NCBI RefSeq assembly: GCF_902713615.1
Contig: NC_052150.1
Location: 115,505,700-115,569,699, forward strand
Reading direction: 5' to 3'
DNA: 64,000 bases
Source of the DNA: Scyliorhinus canicula
Lineage: Eukaryota
Shown: piece by piece, positions 51,743 to 64,000 of the stretch
Position numbering within the stretch: position 1 is the stretch's first letter
Layout: each line of letters starts with the position of its first letter
Notes under the pieces: model-generated
What the model was told of the DNA's origin: nothing
The model's database searches: none
Seen by the model: the letters and a program-made list of their open reading frames with translations, nothing else
Made by a program: the position numbers and the translations under genes

Positions 51743-52229
51743 GTATGTAAATCTGAGGCCTCCACTGCCTGAACCTCACTGGGATTAGTGGCAGGATGGC
51801 GGGTGCAGGGGCCTGATCGTGGGGACCTCAGCGTCTGATCCCACAACTTATCTGATCTCAGTGACAAGTACAAGCTGACCACAGAAATGTTAATGAGAAG
51901 CTAAAATACCCTGAGTACTTTTTTTAAACTTCAGTGGTTGAGTTTTGGACTGACACTAAAAATAATTTGAGCTTTACCTTCCTGGTGGAAATCATTTTAC
52001 GCGCTACCCAATTTGACTTTAATTTATTCCCGCCTATTAATTGCTGAATTTATTGAATTCAATTCCACAACTTGTCATTGCAGGGTTTGAACTTGTAATC
52101 TCTGAATGCAAGTCTGGTCCGATAACTAATAGGCTGCCGTAGCTGGTGATAAATCCTATTTTGAAAATTAATTTAAACTGTCGAAAATCAATTTTCTATA
52201 TGCTATACTCTATCCCTCAAATTAGATGT

Positions 52230-52470
52230 CTGCCCCTTCCTGTGGTTTAGATGGATTTTGCACATCTATTGGCACTGCTCGAAGAATTGAAGGAATGTCT
52301 CGGGCAATATTCCTCACCAACAACACCACCAAAACAAATTAACTGTCTATTCATCTCTGTCACATTTGCTTATACAATCCTTCAAAGTAATTTATTGTAT
52401 GTAAAGCACTTTGTGATGTTGATGAGAAGCATATTAAGGTGCTATGCAACTGCTAGACTCTTTTTCTTTG
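52230..52470 (+). mobile_element. Ancient Deu-domain SINE fragment (SacSINE1/AmnSINE-like)
   Basis: GGCAATATTCCTCACCAACAACACCACCAAAACA ... TGTAAAGCACTTTG ... AAGGTGCTAT ... TCTTT resembles the Deu-SINE 3' half as I recall it. Confidence 0.55.
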
Positions 52471-53247
52471 TGTTGTTTGTGCTGTATTCTGAAATATTTG
52501 AAGGCATCAGTACTGCAAAATAATTTGACTACTGAAATGGAAAATAAAGGTAGATTATAAAACAGGCGATTGATTTGCTATTATTGCAGTTTTTCTTACT
52601 GCCCAAGGCCAATTTCAGCCGCAGACTCCATCCTAAATAACTGTAGTGTCACTAAATCTTTTCAATTTTAATCATAATAATATGCAATGATTTATTTTAT
52701 GGAGAGCCCCCTTTATGTGTCGGGGATGAGGATGAGCCTGTGTGGTGGGTGAAGTGTAATACACAGTCATGATGTTATTTCAATATGTTGCAACCAGTTC
52801 TTTCGAAATAGGATTTTGGAATCCATGTACTGGGCGTGGTGGTTTCCAAATGAGAGCTTCAGCGAAATAGCGTTTTACCAAATTTTATCCATGCTACTGC
52901 TTTGGTGGGACAGGCTACATTTCGGTCCCAGTAACATTGGGTGGTATTTAATCCTGGCGATGGGGGTTGAGTATGCCAATTGGAAAGCCAGCAAGAGCCC
53001 GCATCACCTCTGTTGGGGAAATGACAACAGAGAATGTTCCCATCAGGCCACCATTAACCTTCCTGTGAATTAAGGGCCCGAGCAATAGAAATCTTGCCCC
53101 TCTAGAGCTATCAGCCATCAGGACTTCCAATGCTATCAGGGCAGTGGGGTCCCAGCCTAGCACCCTTCCACCCAATTAAATGCAACCCCTTGCCTCGAAA
53201 TTCGGAACAAAGGGAACTTAGATTCAACCCATGTCAATTTTATATAA

Positions 53248-53547
53248 TCAATAAAATCCTTGCAGTGCAGAAGGAGGTCATTCAGCCTATTGAGTCTGCA
53301 CCGACCCTCCAAAAGAGCACTCTGCCTAGGCCCACTTCCCTGCCCTATCCCCGTAACCCTGCGCATTGATCATGGACAGTCAGCCTAACCTGCACATCTT
53401 TGGATTGTGGGAGGAAACTGGAGCACCGGGAGGAAACCCATGCAGACATGGGGAGAATGTGCAAACTCCACTCAGACAGTCACCCAAGGCCCAAATCAAA
53501 TCCAGGTTCCTGGTGCTGTGAGGCATCAGTGCTAACCACTGTGCCAT
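53248..53547 (-). mobile_element. HE1 SINE, CR1/HER1-tail type
   Basis: tRNA head, core, GACCTCCTTCTGCACTG tail. Confidence 0.85.
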
Positions 53548-54089
53548 CCTTTACACAAAGGTAGAAATGAATTCCAATTTTCTCTTGGATTTCCTGACCC
53601 TCTTGTCCCAACTCTGTTGTGACTTCTTTCCTAATTGCATGCTTGTGCAGCATACAATAAATCAATATTATTTTGGACGATTACTCCAAGTGTAATGTAA
53701 CACACTCTTGGGTTTATCCGAACTGCAGAATTACTCTTTAAGCATTCCTACTGTATGCAGTATTACAAGCATCTTTGTGCAGCATTATTAATTATATCTG
53801 CTCCATTTGTTGGATTCTGCAGTGGTATCATCAGGGACAGATGGCAAATATGTCACTGGTCACCCTCTAAGGTAGGAATGCCATACAAAGTGTTGAGAGT
53901 TTAAATCAACATATAATAAATGCATCATAATGACATGCAGGATACCTGCCATTAACCGTCATGAAACCTTGAATAATTAGTATTGCATTGATACAGGGAG
54001 CCCATGTAACTATATGGGTTTAATCAAAATGGCTCTGCACTTTTGCAAGCAATTAATCTGAAAAATTAACAAACACTTTCTGCATAGGC

Positions 54090-54950
54090 AATTCTTCTTG
54101 GGAAATTAAGTATCAAGTGATATTTTGGATCTCACAGCTGCTAAGGCACAATAGCTTTCATCAAACTCAAACATGGAGTTGTGGTTGGGCCGGTTGAAGA
54201 TCTCCAGAAAGTGTTCCACCCGCCTCACCTCCTGGTCCTTCTGTAATGTCCTGCCATCCTTACCCTTGATGGGCACTGCTTCTTGCACCAGTCAGTTTCC
54301 AAACGATACCTATCATGTCTTAGAGTCGTTCCGATTTGCTGTTTCTTGTGCCTCCCTGACTTTTAACTCTATCCGTCCTTGTTTGTCCCTGCTGAGCTTT
54401 TCTACACGGCTCTACCCGGTCTTCTGTACTTCTCATTATCATCTCATCTTTACTCAGTGATCTTCTCCTAATCTCACTTTTTCTTCCCCAACTTTCATTC
54501 ATCAAACAACTTCCATTTTGGATCATTGAATCCATCGTTCTTTGTTAGTTCCTCTCCTGCATCCGATGGTGATTTCTGCACTGACCTTGATCCCTCTAGA
54601 AGATTTTTCACAATTTCTTGATATTGCCCAACCTCCGTATCTTTTGGAGACGACCAGTCAGATACTGTCCAACATGTCGTTGTCCTTTCTGTTGCAAATG
54701 GTAATTGTGACTATGTGGTTGTCTCCTTCTTCAGTTTCAGATGGATCTTGCCTAACACAAGGTGACAGCCCAATCCTGCACCAGTACCTCGACAAGTGCC
54801 ATCATCTTGTAGGGATGTCCCCTATCTGCTGCTGATGCATTTAGAGTCAATCTCTTTCAGGCCATTACTATCTGGAAACTTCCATGTCTTTTTGAGGACG
54901 ACCTTGTGTTTGAAGAAGGTATTCCAAACGCTGAGCCCATTACTGTTGTA
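54090..54950 (-). mobile_element. Old RTE-like LINE fragment
   Basis: PIKGKDGRTL...VRRVEHFLEIFNRP, typical of the RTE EN-RT linker; heavily decayed. Confidence 0.5.
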
Positions 54951-54954
54951 GGAA

Positions 54955-55287
54955 GCCAGCAGAGTGGTTAGCACGGCTGCCTCACAGTGTCAGGGTCGCG
55001 GTTTCAATTCCAGCCTTGGGGTGACTGTGGAGTTTCCACATCTCTCCATGTCTGCGTACGTTTTCAGCGGGTGCCCCGTTTTCCTCCCGTTGCCCAAAGA
55101 TGTGCATGTTAGGTGGATTGACCATGCTAAATTTCCCCCTGACGTCCAGAGATGTGCAGGTTAGGTAGTGTTATGGGGGGTAGGATGAGAGAGTGGGCCT
55201 GGGCCTTGGCAGGTACTCTTTAGAGGGTTGTTGCAGACTGAATGGGCCGAATAGTCTCACTCTACGCTGTAGGAATTCTATGGTTCT
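54955..55287 (+). mobile_element. HE1 SINE, CR1/HER1-tail type
   Basis: Head, core and ATGGGCCGAA...ATTCTATG tail. Confidence 0.8.
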
Positions 55288-55579
55288 GAATCTTACTGTT
55301 TCTCTTGAGCATACCAGTTGACCCCAGGGGCCTGATCATGCTGTTCAGTCCTCGCTGGTTGCCTGAGCTTAACAGTTAGGAGCTTGATGTCATAGCTGGA
55401 TGCCTCATTCAGTATGTCCTACGATTGGTCGTAGAATTCACCTTTCTCCTCCACTCTGTCTATTTTGGTGCAGAAACTTGCACAACAGTGACTTTGGGGT
55501 ACCTTGTGTGCAATCTGGCAGTGATGAAACACAATGGCTTACTGGCTTCCACCCAATTAATACTTGTGCTGAGCATCTG

Positions 55580-57890
55580 ATAGAAACATCGAAAATAAGA
55601 GCAAGCGTTGGTCATTTGGCATATCGAGCCAGCTCCGCCATTTAACATGATCATGGCTGATCCTCTATCTCAAAACCATACCCCAGTGCTCTCCCCATAT
55701 CCCTTGACACCTTTTAGAGTCCAGAAATCTATCTATTTCCTTCTTAAATATATTTAGTGACTTGACCTCTACATCTTTCTGTGGTAGAAAATTCCACAGT
55801 TTCACCACTGTTTGAGTGAAGAAATTTATCTCATCTCGGTCCTAATGGCCAACCTGTATCCTAAGATTGTGACCCTCTGTTCTACCACCCCCCCCCCCCC
55901 CCCCCCCAAGCCAGAGGAAACAACATCCCTGCATCCAGTCTGTCCAGTCTTGTCAGAATTTTATATATTTCAATGAGTTCCCCTCCCATTCTTCCAAATT
56001 CTAGTGAATACAGGCCCAGTTAACCCAGCCTCTCCTCATGGGATAATCATGTCATCCCAGGAATCAGTCTGGTGAACATTTGCTGCAATCCATCTTTGGC
56101 AAATATATCCTTTCTTAGATAAGGAGACCAAAACTACACACAATATTCCTGGTGGGCCTTACCAAGGCCCCTTATAGCAGCATTAAGACATCCTTGCTCC
56201 TGTACTCAAGTCTTGCAATGAAGGCCAACATATCATTTGCATTCCTATCTGTTTTCTGCATCTGCATGCTTGCTTTCAATGACTGGGTTACAAGGACACC
56301 CAGGTACCTTTTGAATGTCAATATTTCCTAATCTATCACAATTTAAATAATACTGTGCTGTTCTGTTTCTCTGTCCGAAGTGAATTACTTCACATTTATG
56401 CATGCTATACTGCATCTGACATGTATTTGCCTCCTCACTCAACTTATCTAAATCACCTTGAAACCTCTTAACAGCCTGTCACATTCCCACCAAGTTTCAG
56501 CAAACTTTGAAATATTACTTTTGGTTCCCTTATCCAAATCACTGGTATATATTGTGAATTGCTGGGGCCCAAGCACTAATCCCTGTGAGACCTCACTCGT
56601 TACCCACCGCCTACCATTTCGAAAAAGACCCATATATTCCTACTCTCTGTTTCCTGTTTGCCAACCAATTCTCTATCCATGCCTGTATATTACCCTCAAT
56701 CCATGCACTTTAATTTTGCACAATAACTTCTTATGTGGGACTTTCGCAGAAGCTATCTGAAAATTAAAATATGCCATATCCACTGGTTCACTCTTATCCT
56801 ACGAGTTATGTTTTAAAAAAAACTCCAGTTTGCTTGTCAAACATCACTTCCTTTTCATAAATCCATACTGACTTTGTATGTTCCCATTGATATTTTCTAA
56901 GTATCCTGTTATTGCATCCTTTATAATTTTCTCTACTACTGATGTTAGGCTAACCAGTTTGTAATTCCTTGTTTTATCCATCCCTCGATTTTTAAATAGC
57001 GGGGTTACATTTGCCACCCTCCAATCTGCCGGGACTGCTCAAGAATCTACATAATTATAGAAAGTGACAACCAATACATTCACTATTCCATTGGCCATCT
57101 CCTTTAGTTACCTGGGATGTAGATTATCTGACCCTGGGGATTTACTGGCTTTCAGTCCCATTAACTTCTCCAACATGGTGGCACAGTGGTTATGACTGCT
57201 GCCTCATATCACCAGGGACCCAGGTTCAATTCCAGCCTTGTGTGCATGTCTGTGTGGAGTTTGCACTTTCTCCCCATGTTTAGCTGGTTTTCCTCCGGGT
57301 GCTCTGGTTTCCTCCCACAGTCCAAAGATGTGCGTGTTAGGTGGATTGGCCATGCTAAATTGCCGTAACAGCCAGGGATGTACAGGTTAGGTGTGGTTAC
57401 GGGGATACGGAAGGGGAGTGGGCCGAGATAGGGTGCTCTTTTGGAGGGTTGGCATGAACTCAATTGGCCAAATGGCCCCTGCATTGTAGAGATCCTAAGA
57501 TTCTTGTAATCCTAATTTCCTTACATTGCTCTTTCTCACTAAACGTTTGATTCCTTGTCATTTCTGGGATGTTATTTGTGTCAGAACTAAAGTAGTTGTA
57601 CACTTGCTCTGCCATTTCCTTGCTCTCGATTATAAATTCTGCTGCTTCTGACTGTAAGGAACCTACATTTCTCTTCACCAAGCTCCTCCTTTTTATATAC
57701 TTATAGAGGCTTTTACAGTCTGCTTTTATATTACTCGCAAATTTACTCATACTCTATTTACCCCCTCTTGGCCTATCTCTTTATCATCCCTGCTGAATAC
57801 TGAAATTCTCCAAATCCTCAGGCTTGCTACTTTTTCCAGCAACTTTATATAACTCCTTTTCGAATCTAATACTATCCTTAATTTCTTATC
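55580..57890 (-). mobile_element. Old CR1 (RT and 3' end), containing an HE1 SINE at 57175-57500 (+)
   Basis: QGLVLGPQ, ISKFA, KCEVIHFG; CR1 3' UTR at 55580-55800. Confidence 0.8.
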
Positions 57891-58415
57891 TGTTGGCTCA
57901 ACCTGAGAAAAATTGCCAGATCAGAAGTCCAGAGAGCCATCAAGAGCCTGAAGAACAACAAGGGCAAAGATGTGCAGGTTAGGTGGATTGGCCATGTTAA
58001 ATTGCCCCTTAGTGTCAAAGGTATCCCGGGTTAGGCACTGTGCGGGGATAGGCATGGATAGGTTGGGCCGAGTTTGGCAGACTCAATGGGCCGAATGACC
58101 TCCTTATAAACTGTAGGGATTCTATGGAAGGCACATGGGATCAATGAGATAACAGCAAAGCTATTGAGACATGGCGGGAACACCATCACAATAGGGCTCA
58201 CAGACCTGGTCAACAAGTTCTGAACTGCAAAATTACTATTATTGTCTAAGCACACGTTTATCCCATAACCTTCCAAGCTCTCCTTGATTAGTTGTGATTC
58301 AACTCTCATTTCACTCTCATTTAAGCAAAATAACACAAACTGTTCTTTCAAGAATCTATTTCAGACATTTGCTGCTTGGCTTAGGCTGATGATTGCTATT
58401 ATACTTTCTGCTCAG

Positions 58416-58541
58416 TTGATTTGTTGATTTCAAGATCATGTGTTATGTGTTATTAGAACTCCTGGAAGATTTCCTTATGGCTCTAGTACATACCGAAGTT
58501 ACTACCATAAATAAACGTGTTTTTGTTTAAACAATTGGATG
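58416..58541 (+). other. Exon-like segment (126 nt; alternative acceptor at 58435), coding status unresolved
   Basis: GCTGAT branch-like site, tactttctgctcag acceptor, G|GTAAGG donor; stops in all three frames. Confidence 0.4.
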
Positions 58542-58759
58542 GTAAGGAAAATCATTTCAATCTATTTTGTTTCTATTTATTTTTAAGAAAGGGGGATTGA
58601 TCTAAAACTGTCAAGGCACAAATGAATTTATTTTCCCATTGCCTGTAAGTCAACCATGATCATTGCCGAAGTCTTGTGAAGGGGAAAGAAAATATCTTGC
58701 CCTAAAAAATTATATCCTTCTGAAAAAAAGATTGAGGAAATCCCTTCCCATTCACATTA

Positions 58760-58830
58760 TAAGAAGCCTTACAACACCAGGTTAAAATCCAATGGATTTG
58801 TTTGGAATCACTAGCTTTCGGAGCGTAGCT
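58760..58830 (-). mobile_element. Penelope terminal-repeat fragment with half of the hammerhead
   Basis: Matches 2670-2739; CCGAAAGCTAGTG retained, CUGAGGA replaced by MITE sequence (58831-59094). Confidence 0.75.
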
Positions 58831-59978
58831 GTGTGGCTTCGCATGTTGCGCAGGCGCGGCACGGAAGCGGCCGCCACACTCATGCGCAGGCCCGCCGTCA
58901 GCAGCCGCGCGCATGGTGGCTGGTAGTGCAGGGCCGCGTATCGGCGCCGGAGCTGCGTGGAGCACTCTGGCGGCGTGCTGGCCCCCCGTGGGCCACGGAA
59001 TCGCTGGGCCAGGAGACTCGTTAACGCCGGTGTGAAACACTCCGGTGTTTACGCCGGCGTCAACACTTAGCCACCGTATTGCAGAATCCCGGCCTATATT
59101 TTTGTCTCTGTCTGGGAAAACACAAGTTGGGCCATTTTGCAGCTTCCAAACCCCAAGCCCACCTCCAAACTCCATTCCCATGGGAGACATGGTTAGAGCG
59201 ATTTCAGGTTTTACAAGCCATAATACAGTTCAGGGAGAAGTACAATTTCTGAGGTGGGCTGGGTAGAAGACCCACCTTGGTTCTTGGGTGTAGCAGTTCA
59301 GCTCCCAACATTATTCTTGTGTCTTCTGAACCTCAACCCTGCACCCACCCCTCCATGCACCCTCATACCCCAGAGGACCCCTCCATTGCCACATGTATCC
59401 TCCATAGCAAATCACTCATAAACAGACTTCAGGACGTCTTTGAAATGGACATTAAAAACATAAACTTCTGACAATTTACTAAAGCTGTCTTTCAAAGACA
59501 TTCCCTACTGAAAAATAAACCACTTAGTCATAAATGCCATTCAAAATTGAAAATTCCCTCAACTGGATAATCACTTATGCACCTCCCATAAAATAGATAA
59601 TCCTTCAATAGGCATTTAAAACTATTAATCAAAATGTGAACAAAGCCTCCTGCTGAGATAAGTGGGCAGTTGGAAGGGGGGGGGGGGGTGCTTGAACAGG
59701 CTGCCCCTCCGCCCCCCCAAGGTTAATCCCAGGGCCGGTGGGCACTGGGGGTGGGTGAATGCCACGGGGAGGGAGGGGTGGGGGGGAAGGGGGTTTGATG
59801 CCTGGAGAGATGAGAAAGGTCTGGGGTTCAGCCAACATTGCAGGAAAGTGACAGGGGCATCCAAGACCCTCCTAGTTCTACCATTACTTCAAGGGATCGC
59901 CCCAGGATGCACAACTGAGGCTGAGGCAGCCAGTTGCCTACCTTGCCCTGTGGCCCTCAATGCCCCTGGAGGATGTCC

Positions 59979-60168
59979 TAAGAACAAAGAACAATGAAAT
60001 GTACAGCACAGGAACAGGCCCTTTGGCCCTCCAAGCCATTACCGATCATGATGCCCTAACTAAAAAACAAACTTTCTGTCCGTATCCCTCTATTTCCTCC
60101 CTATTCATGTATCCATCCAGATGCCTCTTAAATGTTGCTAATGCGCCTGCTTCCACCACATCCTCTAG
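59979..60168 (-). mobile_element. CR1 3' tail fragment
   Basis: AAGAACAAAGAACA tail, similar to 28219-28420. Confidence 0.75.
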
Positions 60169-60169
60169 G

Positions 60170-62835
60170 TGTTTGGATGTTGTGTTTGTAACGTTGCCAC
60201 CTGCATTGTGTCCAGGTATCAGGGATGCTAGGCAGTGACTCCCACATGCTACATGGCCCGCCCATCGCCGAGAATCCACTTGGCATCTACTTAACCACGA
60301 TTGTCAATTCCCGATCAGGAATAGCCTTCAGCCGTGTAGCCAGAGGCTTCAGCAGTCGGTGGGGGTTACGGGTGGTTGTCGGGGAGGATGGGCAGGGACA
60401 AGGGTTGCCCCATGAACGGGAACACACGATCCAGGGTTGGCATAGTGGTGCCACGAGCAGTTGCTCCCCCGTCCCCCCAGTGCCTCCCCCATCCACCACC
60501 CCATGGTGATCCAGCCCTGCGAAGGGTCCCCCACCCTCAGCTGAGGGTCCACCCACCCCCAGCCAAGCATTGGGTTGGAAAGTCCAGCGCCACGGGCTCT
60601 TTACACATGACCAAAGTTGGCTACTCACCTCCTCGGCTCCCCGCAGAAACCCTTCCGCCAGGTTCACGCTTTTTCAAAAGGAGTGCTAATCGGCCCCAGC
60701 GTGACCAGTTGCTGGGGAAGCTGCTGAATGACGGGAGGTCGTTGGATATCGGGTTGCTCTCGTTAATTATATGGAAATAGGGCTTAAACGGTGATAATTG
60801 GTTTCTCGGCATGCTGCGGCGAGATCCCGATTTTGCCTATGTGAGCTGGCCGATTGCATCGCAATCTGTATGGGAGTTGGCGTGGATCTCGTTTTCAGTC
60901 TCTGCTGCTATTCACTGGCTGGCGAATCACACCCTTAGTCATGTTTTTGGCTCTGCCAGCGGGAAACTCCCTGAAAAACCTGTCAAATTAATTTAGAAAT
61001 GTTTTGAGCAAATTGCGTAAAAATGTTTTCCCACTGGGGAGCTGAGCTGAGATCGGGCCACCATTTTGAAAGGGTGTCCTGATCTCTAAGTGAGCTTGTG
61101 GGTCCCCCAGATCCCCAGACATGGACACTCCTCCACACCCCCCAAGTGAGAACACCCCACTGTGAGGTCTCTGGGGCCCCTCCTCTCCCCCCCCCCCCCA
61201 AACCCCTTTAAAGCACTCCCTCCCTTCCAGGATCCCCGCTCTTCAAATCTCCCTCCACCCTCTTTCATGGGCATGGCCCCCTTGCCCCATGGTCCTTGGC
61301 AGTGCCACCTTGGTATCCACATACTCTAGCACTGTCACCCTGGCACCCAGGCAGTGCTCTTGTCGGCTTGGCAATACTGTCCGGGCACCTTGGCAGTGCC
61401 AGGGTGGTAGTGCCAAGGTGCCAGCTGGGCAATGACAAGGTGCCCAAGTTCCAGAGGGAGGGCCGGGGAGCCACCCAGTACTCACCCTGACCGCCCAGGT
61501 GTCTCCGGTAGCCCGGGAGACTCTCTGGGTGCCGTTCTACCTGGTCCACGTTTGTGTGGACCAGTGCAGAACGGCGCCCGGCTGCAGCTTTGCTGGGGAT
61601 GTGTAGATCCCGCGTGGCTGATGGATACCGGGTACGTTCACCTTCGCCGGTTTAAAACTGGTTTCAGCGTTGTTTTTTTTTGGGGGGGGGGGCGTGTTTC
61701 AGACTTGGACTTCTCACGGAACTTTGGTGAATCCCGCGAGGTGCAAAGATGGTCAAGAAGCCTGCGAGAGAGCTCTCCTGGCATTCACAGGTTGCACCGC
61801 ACTCAAGGTAGAACATAACACGGCCAGTGGATCACGCCCTTAGAATTTTTTTCTGTAATGGAGAACTAAACCCTCTGGCAGAACTGGCTCCTCAGACGTC
61901 AGGGAGCCATATTAAAAGGGTGCCCAGGGCAGCACGGTGGCGCAGTAGGTTAGCCCTGTTGCCTCACGGCGCCGAGGTCCCAGGATCGATCCCGGCTCTG
62001 GGTCACTGTCTGTGTGGAGTTTGCACATTCTCCCCGTGTTTGCGTGGGTTTCGCCCCCACAACCCAAAAGATGTGCAGAGTAGGTGGATTGGCCACGCTA
62101 AATTGCCCCTTAATAGGAAAAAATTAATTGGGTACTCTAAATTTAAAAAAAAAAGGGTGCCCCAATCTCAAAGTGAGGTTGAGGGTCTCCCACACCTCCC
62201 CCTTCCACCCCCCCTGGATAATGCAACCCCCACCATCACTAAATGTTAACCACAACATGATGGGAAAATTGTGGCCATAGCTTCCAGTGCGATGAAACGG
62301 GGCCCGAAAGGATGAATGAAAGGGGTGAAGTAATGAAGGGAAGAAATGAAGAGTGGGGGTGTGATGGGTGCGTACGAAGGCAGGGTTCTGAAGTGTAGTG
62401 CCTGAAGCGGCACATGACGGGGGGGTGCTTAAAAAGGGGGCGCAGTTGCAGGATAGGCTGAAAGGTAGGGCGACCTTAAAGGTGGGGTTACCCTCAGCGA
62501 TCCCATAGTGGGATATGCTCATTTAGGGGTGGGCAGCAATGCCCTGATGCCTACGAGAATGGATAGGGGTGGGGCTGGTCACCTTCATGCCTGGGTGGTG
62601 TGTGTGTGGGGGGTGCGGGGGAGTAGTGTTTGCCGATGTCCTTAGTTCCCCACTCCAGAAAAATTTGAAGTGTGGGTTATTTCTGTGAGAATCTCACCAA
62701 GCTCCAGCAAAATTAAAATTGTGGATGGATTATATTCTGGATCACGCCCATGTACCTGGCAGAAATCACCCCGCGATTCCCGCCCAGAATGACACTTAAT
62801 TGACACTTAATTGTTTTTCGGGAGAATTGTGCCCT
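60170..62835. repeat. Cluster of GC-rich Harbinger-type MITE remnants
   Basis: TIR-like ends GGATCACGCCC (61829-61839) and GAGAATTGTGCCC (~62823-62835); TGGCAC/GTGCCA repeats shared with 35105-35230. Confidence 0.5.
61927..62150 (+). mobile_element. HE1-like V-SINE (T/A-tail type)
   Basis: Near-identical to 3919-4146; AAAAGGGTGCCC TSD. Confidence 0.92.
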
Positions 62836-62896
62836 TTATGTTAGAGAGACCGTTGTTAATCCTCAAACCTGTGTGGAATTGTTGAACTAAGGGAGG

Positions 62897-63880
62897 AGTA
62901 ACGGCATATTGTATCGTAATTGTTATAACCCGCACGAAACCTACAGGGACAGACCAATTAGCCTCCTAGAATATGAGCTTCCCCGCTAAGGGGCCAGTTC
63001 CATCACCGGAGTAATGGTCTCTGGCATTAAAAGCTCAGCCCGAATGGGAGACAAGCAGAGTTGTCCCGGCTGGGACATGACATGTATTGTATACATAGTT
63101 GTTTATTAGTTAAAAAGTTTCTTTACACCTCTCGTTGTGGACTCCTCTGGGGCCACTAAATTGGCGACAAGGATAAAAGTAGAGCTACAAATGGTGCAGT
63201 TAACTGTTGGAAGCAGTCACCTCCACTCGTACTACTGGAATAATGTTTGCACTTATTTGAAAATGCCGCTCTTTCAGAGACTGGATGTGCTTGATGCAAG
63301 CGTAGAATATTGGACACAAAACATAGAGAGTATGTGCTACTTTTTCAGGGCCAACTCAGCGGTGATGAGTGACAGACAGCAATACTTTTGACTGCCTGTG
63401 TAACCCCACCTTCAGCGTAATAAAAAGCCTAACATACCCCGCAGCCCTAGACTCCAAATCATTTGGTGTGCTGGTAATGCTAGTGGCAAACCATCATGAC
63501 CCCCCCAACCCATTAGTCACCGTACAATGGTACTGTTTCAATAAAGCTGAGAGGACCCCAGGAGAGTCTGTTACTGAGTTCTTAATGCATTTGAGGAAAC
63601 TGACTGAATTTTGTGATTATGGCCCCCTCAGCCCAAGATGCTGCAGGACGGATTGTTCTGTGGTGTAAACAATATGGCAACCTAACAAGTTACTGGCTGA
63701 GCTATTGTTCGACCTGAAGAAGGCCCTTTTGAGAGAGAGTGCAGTGAAAGGGAGTGCAGAAAATACAAGGGATGGAAGTCAACAGTGTGGGACATTTCCC
63801 CTCCCGGCGTATCGCCCCCCCCTAAAATGGGAAGCCTCACAGAGCGTAATGAGGCCAGAGAATCACGCCCTATATTTCAC
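62897..63880 (+). mobile_element. Gypsy element (family D): LTR, tRNA-Ser PBS, decayed gag
   Basis: PBS TGGCGACAAGGAT at 63162; MPLFQRLDVLD..WTQ..YFFRAN, SLTYPAALDSKSF, GESVTEFL..LRKL...CDYG. Confidence 0.75.
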
Positions 63881-64000
63881 CATTGATTACAGATCAAAAT
63901 CTTTACTTGAAATTACCTAGAGCTGTGTAACACAGCAACTGGATTTTTTCAAGTTAATAATTTCAGTCTGCCCATCTATCCAAGGATGTTTGGAGGCCAG

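Noticed and set aside
52504-52549. 46-nt exon ASVLQNNLTTEMENK
   Set aside because: In frame only with the weak GTATAT donor at 51700, and its pyrimidine tract is a SINE tail; left unresolved
62790-62813. TGACACTTAAT tandem duplication; CRISPR-like or satellite arrays anywhere in the window
   Set aside because: Local slippage inside a MITE; no regular repeat-spacer array seen in this eukaryotic window

Overview
Repeat-dense vertebrate genomic DNA. The HE1/V-SINE, HER1/CR1 and L1 families point to a cartilaginous fish, probably a catshark-like shark (inference). Most of the window is intronic, heavily nested transposable elements: L1, Tx1, CR1, RTE-like and Penelope retroelements, several Gypsy LTR families and solo LTRs, a pogo fossil, hAT and PIF/Harbinger MITEs, and tRNA-derived SINEs. 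Short + strand exons with canonical splice sites (7.2-7.9 kb, 37.2-37.5 kb, possibly 51.7, 52.5 and 58.4 kb) chain into an open frame of a host gene I cannot identify. The most notable signal is a minus-strand Gypsy-type element (LTR-PBS-gag-protease) in which an intronless, diverged NAP1 histone-chaperone domain sits where RT/RNaseH/integrase would be (24.1-27.5 kb). Also notable are a U2 snRNA 5' fragment heading a Tx1 element (Keno-like), a minimal hammerhead ribozyme in a Penelope terminal repeat, and one SINE head carrying three different tails. All assignments come from reading the sequence by eye; no database searches were run.
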